From positions 17,733,157 to 17,797,156 of the forward strand of contig CM119264.1 of NCBI GenBank assembly GCA_051294375.1: 64,000 bases of DNA. The letters run 5' to 3'. Both the position numbers and the translations under genes were made by a program. Below are positions 52,535 through 64,000 of this stretch, piece after piece (the first letter of the stretch is position 1; each line of letters opens with the position of its first letter). Source of the stretch: Paraspadella gotoi. Lineage: Eukaryota; Animalia; Chaetognatha. The notes under the pieces were generated by a model, which had not been told where the DNA came from, searched no databases, and saw only the letters and a program-made list of their open reading frames with translations.

Positions 52535-53725
52535 GTAAGTATTCTTTACTTTCATTCCGTTTTGGCTGTTTACTTGAATTGGGACGAAACGATGGGATGG
52601 ATATTTCTTTCGGTCCACAACTTTTTTCTCTGGCGGGTTTAATTGAAGTTTTTTAAAAGTGGTAAACTAGTTAAATTGTCTGATACAAAAAACCGAGCGT
52701 GTATTTGCAAACTTTCCTTTGAACTATTAGTTTGGAAGAATGATAACCCAAATTAAAGCCTTGGGACGTTTTCCCGAATTAGTCAAACAGCGAAGATTCC
52801 ATTGTTTTATTTCGTCCGGAATTTGTTTGACGCCGTGTTTGCGTCGCTACGTCCGTGTTTGCTCAACGGTTCTTCTTAGCAATCTATCTCAGTCCAAACC
52901 AATCACGTCTTTCTTTTCGAACGTGAAATTGTGTACCGCGTTTTTTTTTACAAGCCTCATTCAGTTGTAAATGGCGTTTGTTTACAATCCTTGTCGTTTT
53001 ACCCGCCCATTCGATTCGAAACCGACGGTCCGTCTCTCATCTTTTGTTGTCGTGACGAATTACAATGTTCCTCGATCCGAACCTAGTTTCACGCCTTCGA
53101 AAACCCCTTGACCTACATTCACGACACCAAGACCTCGTAATCCGATCTCAAGTCCGGTCGGCCACCGCGGGAAATGAGGGAACGGCCTTGACGGCACGCT
53201 GTTTCGATCGGCGATCTCGAAGACGGTCAACGACCCCGTGATCGGCAGGCGATACAATCGGACGCTCCTACGACGGCGACTTCAACGACGATGACCTTCG
53301 CGGCACGAAATTCCTTTGGACCACCGTGCAGCGACCTTGACGGCCTCAAACGTCGGAACGCGTCCTTGACGGCGTCGGCGGGACCGTCCGCGACCCTGGC
53401 CTCCATTTTTCTTTTTTTTTTTTTTTTTTTCCGCCCTCGTCCAAAAATCATTCTTTTCTTCTTTTTTTTTGGGGCTGGGCCAAAAAAAAAAAAAAAAAAA
53501 AAAAAAGGAAAGAAAAGAAAAGAGCCGAAAAAGGCCGCCGCCCCATGCGACCACCTTCCTTGGCCTCCTCGACTCTCCGATCCTCGAGCCTCTCCCACGG
53601 TCGCGCTCTAGATTCTCTTTGAAGAGAAAAAAGACTCGACGAAAAATCTGCGTCAAGGATGCGAATTCGTGGAGGAGAGATCTCTACCCGCACAATGAGA
53701 AGCGGAATCGAGGCCAACGCCCTTT

Positions 53726-53771
<46 letters not shown>

Positions 53772-56700
53772 CAAGGTTAACCCCCGTCGAAGGCTGCATT
53801 TTTTTGAATCTCTTCGCATCGGGGTTTTCTCTGTCTCTGTCTCACTCTCTCTCTTTTCTACTTTCTCCTTTCTCCCCTTTTATCTCCCCTTTTCAGTCCC
53901 CGTTGTCTTTTTTTTCCATTTGTTCGAATCACGGAGATTCTCACGAATTCATTCACCGACGGATTTGAGGATTTCGTCGGGCGTCGGTTTCGTCTTTCGC
54001 CGAGAAAAGAAGACGAGGAGTTTCTGTGTCAAGGGCGGCGGCGGCAGCGGGCGGCGGCAGCGGGCGGGGTCGGCGGCGGTGATTAGTCGGCCGTATATGA
54101 CGATCTCACCGACGGCGTATTGCTTGTTTTCGATTTATTGTTATTGTTCGTATTGTTATTGTTCGTATTGTTTTATGTTTGATTTGTTTTCGTTCCGATG
54201 TATTTGATAAGGATTGAGGAATTTAAATCGCCTAGAACTCACACTAACAACAACAACAACATTGACACAATAATTATTTTACCAAAGCGTATGTAGATCG
54301 AAATTGAGTCATTGGATAATTTATTAAACGTTATTTCTCGATCAATGGACTGTCGTGAAATCGAATCAAATCAAAACCTCAAAGCCCTACGCTTCTTTCG
54401 TATTCACTCATAAATCTTTGTAATAAAATAAAATTCTTCACTTATATCATTGCTTGCTAAAAAATTATTTTTCTGCCTCGGTTCAGACGTCGGTCATTAA
54501 GAATTAACTTATTTGGAATAATTTGTAGTATTGTTGTTTCTTTCTTTCTCCCTATAAAAATGAGTGTCATATTGCACAGTTAGCCAATTGGATTCCATTC
54601 GCGCTTCTCATTTCAATAAATCGATTCGTCTCACTTTGTTCGCCAATTTTATCTCGACCACCTTCACTAGAGGTTTCACTCCTGAGTCCCGCATTTATCT
54701 TATCCTATCACATCTTATCCTATCCTCTCAAAATCCTTAAACTCTCTCCAATTACTACTGGGCGTTTTTCTTCGAGTTTATTTTTTCTTACCTTTTGTAG
54801 GGTCAGCAACGGGGACCTTGTACTTTTAATTGGTTTAATTCTTTCACCGTTCACCTTTGTTTCTAAATTGGATGTATCAAGGTCGTGTAACTTTCTACAG
54901 ATGCGATTCCCTCCGTGAATCTTATTCCAGCAAGAGACTTCACTTTAATAACTCATCACTTCTGACACAACACTTCGTCAACTCATGAAAGACAGATTTT
55001 CTTCATTTTATTAGACGCTCTACTTCACCCCTGCGCCATTCTAACTCTTGTCATTTCTTCTTTCTGATTATTTTTTTCCCTTTGATTCGTCCGCCATTAT
55101 TTTGATTTGGATTCATATCAAAAAAATCTCTTCACTAATAAATGGGACCAGACGTCGTTTTTGACCGAGTTCGTTCATTTTTTTTGGTTTTTGTCTTTTT
55201 CTTTTAATGTACTGAGTCTTTACACAGGTTTGCTGTTACATCTTGTCGTCCTATTGCTTTTTCCAGGACGCGAATGAAGTTAAATTATTTCATTTTACTT
55301 AGATTTACGCGGAGGTGAAGCCTCGTGATCTATCCTACTTGTTGCTCGCTCTCGTTCTCGCGAATGAAGACGAAGAAAGGCCCCACTGACTCTCTCTCTT
55401 TCTTTCTTTCTCTCGTTCTCTTTCTCCGTCATACACACACACACTGGGGAGAGGGTGCCTCGCTGTGTCTGGCCCCGATTCAACCGAAAGGGTTTACAGA
55501 CTCTCTAGAATTTAAACTCTGGTTGCGTCTAACCGAGGGTTAAGAGCCCAGGTTTTACGCTCTCTTTCTTTTTTTCTCTCTCTCTCCTGGGGATCAACTC
55601 CTTGGAGAGGTGCTTCCGAACGGGCGGTTGGCCTCTCGCTTTCAACGTTTACAACGGGAAAAAATCAACTCGAAAACTCTGAAGGCTGTGACTATGTATA
55701 TTGTGCGCAAAAAAAAAATACTAGAAACCTGGATCCTAAAATAGGTCAGAGAATGAACCGAAGAAGGGAAAATTTTTTTTTAGATAGGTGAAACATAAAT
55801 ATATTAAGCACAATCAATGATTAATCGAACTTCGTTGTATAACGATAATTTAACTGGAGTCGTTGAAGCTGTTTGGCCCAAAGTTCGTTCACTTGCGGTG
55901 TTTTGGTCGTAGACTGAGGGACATTCGCTTCTAAAGAACTTGAGCTGGGGGGGGGGTCGAATGGGGGGGGGCGCCCGTTTGGTTTTTGGAAGGGGGAAAA
56001 GTTTCTTTGGTATTTCCTGTCCAGTGGACTCGGACAATGAGGCGAAAATCACCGATTCACAACTTCGGACTCTTGTCCGTTTTTTAGGTATTTTTTTTTT
56101 TAGGGTCCTTCGTTTTCGTATTCGCGATTGTCGTCTCCCACCAAACTTGTTAAAGGTCTGGGCGAAGCTTGAGTTTTTCCCAGCGACGACGACGAAAACG
56201 ACGACGACGATTCAGACGTAGACACAACTGATCCTATTCAACGGATGCGGCCCATTAGTCCCAACTTTGGGTCCGAACTGAAAAGACGTCGGGGAGAGAC
56301 TGTTATTAGGCTCATTTTTCCCCCAATCTTTTCTTAGGTGGTACCACCATGGTGCTATTACTACAAAAAAAATAAAAAAAGAAAGAAAAATAAAAAATTC
56401 CCATTTTTATTCTTTAAAAAAAATGTCGTTCACTGAAGATTTTGAAGAAAGAGTTTTCTCCTAGTGACAAAGCGTACCCATATTATTTCAAAGACGAAAA
56501 TTTCTCTCGTGCACACTTTTGACAAGCGGTTAACCTACAGAGTTGTAGTAAAATATACTTTACCAAAGAACGATAAACTATATCGGGTATTACATACGAC
56601 CGCTACAAAGCTGAATTTTAAACTGATCAAGTTTTGGTATTTAATTTTATAATTTTAATATTTTAAAAACTTTTAGGGGATCCATTCAATTTCTTTCTTT

Positions 56701-57196
56701 AAAATATATGATTCCAGCAAAAAATATGATATATTTAATTTGACAAGTTTATTAAACCAAAAGTATCTATGATTTAATTAAAATTCAACTTTAACAACAC
56801 TCCTAATTCATAACAGTATTTTGAATTGTTGAATTTTATAAAATTATCTTTTTATTTTTAGTGCCATCAGTGTAATTAGTCTTGCTCAATGCTCATTTAT
56901 TGTTTGAATGTCAAATTGTTTCTTTTATCGTTTTATCGTTTTATCTTTTGTTAAAAAAAAAAATTGAATTACCAAAGGGGGAAAAATCATTTTTCTCTTT
57001 GAATTTATTTAAATTAATAATAAGATAAAACATTAATTTTTTTTCGTGCAGTGGAGTGAAAGCCAACTAAGTTGAAAATTTGACTTCTGCCTCCTCAGGC
57101 TACCCACATTAAACTTTTTTTTTCGTAGTGGTGTGATTAAGATTAAATATTGAGAAAGAAATGATGGATTTCTCTTTGTTGAGGTAGAAGAGAATT

Positions 57197-57228
<32 letters not shown>

Positions 57229-57594
57229 CCAAATACATTGCGAGAGTAGGGATATTAGGTTTAGTCGCCTATAAATCCCCTGCAGCCTAAGAGGGAAATC
57301 GAGAGAGGATCCCGATCCGTCTTAATTTTCTTGATAGATGAGCCTCGATTTTTTTGCAATGCTTTTTCTCTCTGATCATAAAAAAAAAATAATTCTTTCT
57401 TCAATTCACTCTTTCGATTCTTGCGTTTTTTTCTTCGTCGCGCTCCTTTTCATCCGCAATATGGACGGAGGGACGAAGGGAGAGAGAAAAAAACTGGAAT
57501 CGGGGTCACCGCCGGCCCGGGGCTTTTTTTTTATCCATTTGTTGCTTTCATCTCTTGGCCCCCGCTTTTTTACCCTCGCGATATAACCCCCCGA

Positions 57595-57633
<39 letters not shown>

Positions 57634-57984
57634 CCTTTCATTTTTTCTCTCACTCTTTCATTTTTACTTTTTTCACTTTTTAATTGCGTTTTTTTTTTTG
57701 TATAAAGCTCAGGAACTTTCTAGTGAAACTTTCACTTCTTTAGTCTTTTCCTTTGTTATTAGTACGGTTACTTCTTTCATTTAAAATATGAAAGTTTTAT
57801 ACATTACAGAGAGCTTTCTTTTTTTTTAAGAGAATGCAAAACGTTTGCCAAAATTAGACGAGTCGCCCTTCTTAATTTTGTAATTATATCTTGTCGATTC
57901 TAAATAATAATTTGTTAAAAAAATAAAATTAAAATATAAGTAATGTGGACGAACAACAATAACTCGCTACCTCGAGCAAAAAAA

Positions 57985-58043
<59 letters not shown>
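57985..58043. repeat. (TAT)n microsatellite
   Basis: Direct reading. Confidence 0.95.
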
Positions 58044-58044
<1 letters not shown>

Positions 58045-58266
58045 TCATCATCTTCTTTGTCATTTTACATTCTTTATTACAAAGAATTGGACGGTAAAGT
58101 AATTTTCAACTCTTACTATGTAAAATGGATTGTAGATCTGTTTTTGTCACATTCAACCTGAGGATTCTGTTCTTTTCTGTATTATTCTTTTTTCACTCCG
58201 TCCCAAAAGACAATCAGTAAGAAAAAATTTTCTCCCACACTTTGAACCAAAGGCCGAAAAAATCAC

Positions 58267-58308
<42 letters not shown>

Positions 58309-59990
58309 ATCCCTCGGAACTCACGGGGAAAAAAATGAACTCATTCATCTCGACCAATCAAGAATTCGTCGCAGTGAAGCTGATGCCAAGATGAGGTCAT
58401 CGAACTTCATTAGGTTTACGTTACAAACACCCAGCGTTTTAATCCCTAAAAACTGAAATTGAGGGCCGAGTATGATGTGACAAACTGGGGGAGAAGATGA
58501 TGAGGAAGAGAAGGGAGAAAAAATAGCGAGACAGAGTGAAAGTCATTTTTTCTGAGGGAAGGTAAGAGAGAGAGAGAGAGAGAGAGAGATGACGTTTATC
58601 GACTGCTTTGGAAGAGAAAAAAAGTTCCACCATAGGATGGAACAACGCGAGAAGGGGTGAAAGAAAGCGATTGTTTCGTCCCCCCAAGGATTTACTTACT
58701 TCCCCCTCGGGATCATTTGAAAAAAAAGTTTGTGGGAAATAAGAAATGGAATTGCACATGGAAATTGAAAATGGAAAATGGATCCTGAGGGGGCTCAGCC
58801 CGCGGAGGCGATGTACAGATTGCGCCTCTGATGTAACCCAATTGATTCTTAGACGATTCTGACCGATTGGTTGACCGAAGACCATGGACGGTGCCGGTTA
58901 AGATGACGACAACGATGATGGCGGAAAATTACTACGCTGACGGCGACATGAATGAACAATGACAATTTGAGGCACGCCGATGCACGAAACCGACGTGGTG
59001 TACTGCGGCGAGCATGCTGACGATATTGCCGACTTTTTTCTACGCGCTGTCCCTGTTAATTCTGTTGCGAGTTTCTAATTTTCGCTGTTTATCTCATGAT
59101 AACGTCGTTAACCTCGTTACAGGGTTTCCTGGAAGCCAATACGTCTCTTTTTATCTCTTTAATAGTAAACTTTTATTTTTATCGTCATACTTTTTTTCCA
59201 AGAAAAAAATAATAAATTACATATTCGAGACAATTTGAGGCGATTAATTTTTTTAAAAATGATATTGATTTGATGATATCGCGATGACACTTATCAAAAT
59301 TTATGTCACAATCCTGGAGCTTTGATGGTCGACAGCTATTGACAATTTTGAATGTGACTCTCGTCACGATTTCTACTTGAACCGAGCATTTAATGATAAC
59401 AAAAATAAATTAACTAAGACAAACTTTTAAAAAATGAATAGAATGTACAGTAAATTTCAAATTGTGCGAGGTTTTTTTAATTTTTTTTATAAAAAACCTT
59501 GCAGCGGCCCTGTCTTAAAATTTTTTTTTTTCCGCGCAGGGCTAAAGATCTTTTTTTTTTCAGGTTTTTTAAAAAAATGAAACATTCCAATGAGCCGTAT
59601 TCGCAACTGATAAGCAACCAGGAGTCTATTAATAAACTTTGAAAAAAAACTTTGCATCAACGTCGCTGACTAGTTTTTTTTTTTCAGGCCGCTTCGTTTC
59701 TCCGACGCTAATTTCGCTTTTTAAATCTGCCCGCCAATTATGATCCCGGTCGTCCTAGTTTTCTCTGGTCGCCTGACATTTACTGAGAAAAGTCATTAAT
59801 ACTTATTTTCGGGCCAGGCTCAATAACTCACCCTTATTTCAAATTCTAATCAAAACAAACAGGAAACGGACTCGGGAGAAATAGATCGAATACGGAAAGT
59901 GAAAGAACTTAAATTTTAAAATGTAAAATGGTTGGTTTGGCTACATGTAAAGTTGTACATGTACATGTAAAGTTTTCGAATTAACCTTAA

Positions 59991-60860
59991 GGGGACCCAG
60001 TGATAAAAATGATATCATAAAGATAAGGGTCTATCATCAAAGGCAATTTGAATGGTGATGTCATTAATTTTCTTGCACGGGAAAGTGGCAAAAAAATTCT
60101 TATCTCCTTATTGTAGCGGAAACAAAAATTTAATAATTATGAAAAAAACATTTAGTTTACTTAAATATTTATATAATCCATTATTTTATTTTTTGTATTA
60201 GAAAGTATTTTTTACTAAATTCAAAATTTTTATTTTTCACTGTACAAAGCTATAATTTTAGGTTTAAGCCTTATTGAGCAAAGGCTTACAAGACTAATAT
60301 TTTTTTTTTTATATTATTTAAAAGCAGACAATCAACCTAAAATTCTATTCTTACAGAAACAAAACTGTAATAATTATTAATTAATATCATATTCATCCCT
60401 TAAATGTATTATTAAACTATATTGATTCCTAATTATAACAATTAAAAATTTAGCAAAAGTACAAGAATCTTTCTCTTTCTTTTTATATTTATACTTCCAA
60501 AGAGTTTATTTTCATCCAATTAACAGAATCATTTGAAAAGAAAGTTTAAAATAAAATCAGTCGATACCCTTAAATTTTGATTCATTCCTAGTTTTTTCTT
60601 ATAAATTTTGTGATAAAAGCTGAAAATCTTTTTAAAATTAGATCTTACCCTTTTTTGAAAAAAAAAATTATAAACTTGAAAAAGATTTTCTTCTTACCGA
60701 TGTTTTAAAAGAAGAATTAAGCTCGCTGATTTTATCGAATTTTTTTAACTACTTTCCCAAATGATTATAGAATAAAAAATTATATGGTCAGAACCAGCTT
60801 AAGTTAAAGGGTCAAACGTTATGTTTTCAGCTTTTTACCCCCCCTGTTCACTTGGTCCCC
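59991..60860. mobile_element. Non-autonomous TIR element with TTAA TSD (Kolobok-like)
   Basis: TTAA|GGGGACCCAGTGA ... TCACTTGGTCCCC|TTAA; purine-rich termini argue against piggyBac (CCY ends). Confidence 0.75.
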
Positions 60861-61792
60861 TTAAGTGTGACATTTAGAAAAAAAAGCCAATAACTTTCCT
60901 CTGAATATATATATTCTGGTTTTACGGCACCGAATGGTATCCAGACATCAGGATTCAAAAACCGTTCTAAAATTCAAAACCGTTCTTTTAAAAAGTTTCA
61001 TATAAACTCCTGAAATTTAAAAAAAGTTATTAAATTCATATAATAAAAAACTCATTTTCGCAAGGCTTAAGCGAAATCTAAAAAAAACCAGACTGAAAAC
61101 CTGTTGTATTCGCAACCAATCCCCCACCCCCCCTTCAAGTATGAGTCGGAAGTCCCTCACTTAAAATAAAAAGAAAAAAGATTTTTCATTCAGATATTTT
61201 TTCACTTAAACGTCTTTCAGCTGAGAGAAAAAGAAAGAAAAAACGGGGGAAAGAAAGGAAAGAGAGAAAGAAAGAAAGAAAAGAGAGAGAGAGAAATTTT
61301 ACTTGGGTTCAATGCCGATAATCCTTCTTGGAGGACGACGACGATCAAGACGACGATGACGACGTCGACGGCGACCGCTGCCACGATGATGATTGGGGTT
61401 CAAAAAGTTTTTTTCCCCTTTCACAAATTTGAAAAAAAAAATTCAATTCATGAATCTCTCAGCGTACAACTCGAAGGCTGTTGTTTACGGGGACGGACTC
61501 GAGTTCAAAAGGGGGGGGAGAATGGCGCGGCTCTATGCTTATGCTCGATGCGAGCCTCGCTGCTAATCGAGGGAGATTCACATGGCGCGATTCCTGTTTT
61601 AAGAATTTAAGATATCAAGAAAAAAAAAGCGGTTAAAATTTTTCAGTTTTAAATCGATTAAAGTAGAGGAGATTCAGACTGAAATTTCGATCGAAAAGAA
61701 AAGTTTGGATTCGTTGGCTGCTTCTACCCCTGGCAAGACAAGACAAACAGACATGCTCCACTTTCTTCTACTCGCTCTCTCTCTCTCTCTCT

Positions 61793-61859
<67 letters not shown>

Positions 61860-62381
61860 GCCTTTCTTAGGGTTCCTTCTTTACTCCTCTTTTTTTTTCA
61901 AGCATAATAGTGACCTACTTCTCTAAATTTTTCACTCAAAAACTTGAAAACGGGAGTTAACTCTAGATGCAGGTTTTTGCAGGTGTTGTTAGCGAGGGAG
62001 AGCGAATGTCCAGTGGAAGTATTCACAAATTTTTCGCAATTGCCGGACCGTTTATTTATTGGTATATAAAATTTTAAAGGGGATCGTTTGTAATCATGCT
62101 AATATAAGAAAACAGAAATGGAATGAATGAATGAAAAAAGTTAGATAGATAAATAGATAGACTTATAAATAAATAAATATATTTATTTTTAAATAAATAT
62201 ATAACGGAATAAAAAATGAAAAAGTTTTTTTACAAAACAGTTTGAGGGATATAATGAGACCTCGGAGCTTTTTCCTCTCGTTAAAAAAATAAATCAATAT
62301 CTGCTCGATATCGTAAGAAAAGAAAACATTTCGTCCCGGCCAGTTTAAAAAAAATTTAATCCGAAGAAACTTCGAAAAAAT

Positions 62382-62440
62382 CTTTCTTTCATTCTTTCTT
62401 TCTTTCTTTCTTTCTTTTTTTCTTTCTTTTTTTCTTTTTT

Positions 62441-62492
<52 letters not shown>

Positions 62493-62669
62493 GCTTTCTT
62501 GCTTACTTGCTTTATTTCTTTCTTGCTTTGTTTCTTTCTTGCTTTATTTCTTTCTTGCTTTGTTTCTTCTTGCTTTATTTCTTTCTTGCTTTATTTCTTT
62601 CTTTCTTTCTTTATTTCTTGCTTTCGTTCGTTCTTTCTTGCTTTCTTTTTTTTTCATTTTTTGTCTCTG

Positions 62670-62707
<38 letters not shown>

Positions 62708-62742
62708 TTTCTCCTTTTTTGTCTCTCTTTCTTTCCTTCTCT
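62382..62742. repeat. (TTTC)n / TTTCTTGC degenerate pyrimidine minisatellite
   Basis: Direct reading. Confidence 0.9.
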
Positions 62743-63062
62743 CTAACCTTGGCCCAAATATTAGACGAATGAAGAATAGAGAATAAAACGCATTAAGTGT
62801 TTGTAGAGTTGACCCCGTACCGCCTCATGCGAAAACGTTTCCATTTTTTTTATTTATATGCAAACAATGTTTTTTTCTCTTTCTCGAGGGGACAAATATA
62901 TATTTGTCTCTCCCTCTCTCTGTCCGTGAGTAGAATGTTCATTCTTGCCCCGCGCCCCGCCGACTTCGTTTACGAAGGGTTAAATTGGGGGAGAGAATTG
63001 GTTAAATTGGTGGAATAGAATCGGTTCGAAAAAGGGGGAAGACAAAAGGCGGTGGCGGACCC

Positions 63063-63096
<34 letters not shown>

Positions 63097-64000
63097 GTCT
63101 CTCTCTCATCTCTCATCTCATCTCTCTCTCTACTCTCTCTCTCGTCGTCTCTTCTCGCCTGCCGCATCTTGTACCCCTTCTTGCTCTCTGTTTGATGGAG
63201 TGATCCGTCTCGGTTGGGGCGGGCAAACCGATCCCCCTGGCCGGGCAGCGGCTCTGTGCCGCCTCGGCCGCCCGCGTCGCCGCGCCGCGTTTTGACGCTG
63301 ATGGAAGAGCGACGGGCGATGTTGACGCCGTGCTCGGATGCCCGTCGGGGCTCGGCCCGGCGCCGCCACGCGCCCCAACCCCTAACCCCTCCTCTTCTCG
63401 GGCCCCCCGGTGCCCGCCGAGCGTAGAGCGTCCTGCCCTCCGGGTTCTTTTAAACCTTCTCGACGATGGGGGCGGGCGAGGGGCGATTCGCGGGGCTGAT
63501 TTGTAGCGGTGACATTGTACGCTGATCATTGCTGCTCAGTGCTCAAAGAGAGAAGAGAATGAACAATTTAAAAATGAAGTATATTCTACGTTTTTATTCT
63601 TTCTCTGTTTCTTAGTCTTCGTGGCGTGGTTGCGATGTAGTTCTACTAATAATTATACATATATTTCATATATTATCTTTGTTAGGTAACCGGAAATATT
63701 GTCTTGGTAAAAAAAAATAACATTGAACATATCTTGTTTATTCCTCCAATTTTTTTCTATTTCCTCCAACGCTCATATGTTGTTCAGTTTTAAAAATTGG
63801 AAAACAAAGTTATATTTTTTAAATTTTTGGTAGCTTATTTGCATATCAAGTTTTTATATCGGCTCCTCACTGGATTTCTTAGTCACTCATGTCATCTTCT
63901 CGTCCATGTATCTCCATTCTTTTCCTTTGGCTCCTCTTGTCTCTTCTTGCTTCTTTTATTTTGAAATCGACGTCGTACTTTCTTTAATGTATTTTTCATT

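Overview
Eukaryotic (most likely invertebrate animal) genomic DNA: AT-rich, with mostly short GT-AG introns and two small N gaps. The first ~51 kb are gene-dense. On the + strand lie the 3' part of Derlin-1, WRAP73/WDR8, an intronless orphan secreted/GPI-type protein, D-2-hydroxyglutarate dehydrogenase and DNAJC10/ERdj5; these are followed by a divergent sigma-like GST (-) and a divergent pyruvate kinase (+). The main finding is a three-level nested ('matryoshka') locus: an intronless-CDS WNK kinase (+) sits in the 7.6-kb intron 7 of ferrochelatase (-), and the whole ferrochelatase gene sits in one 12.2-kb intron of DNAJC10 (+). Also notable: a tightly packed same-strand cluster with splice-acceptor-like sites just before start codons (candidate operon/SL trans-splicing), TIR elements filled with CCCTAA telomere-type repeats, several SINE-like families sharing a structured 3' tail, Helentron/DINE-1-like elements, nested DNA transposons, a solo LTR, a degenerate hammerhead-like motif and a candidate GA-AG intron. 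The last ~13 kb are gene-poor and rich in microsatellites and CpG patches. Gene models were built by hand from translation and splice-phase checks; no database search was run.
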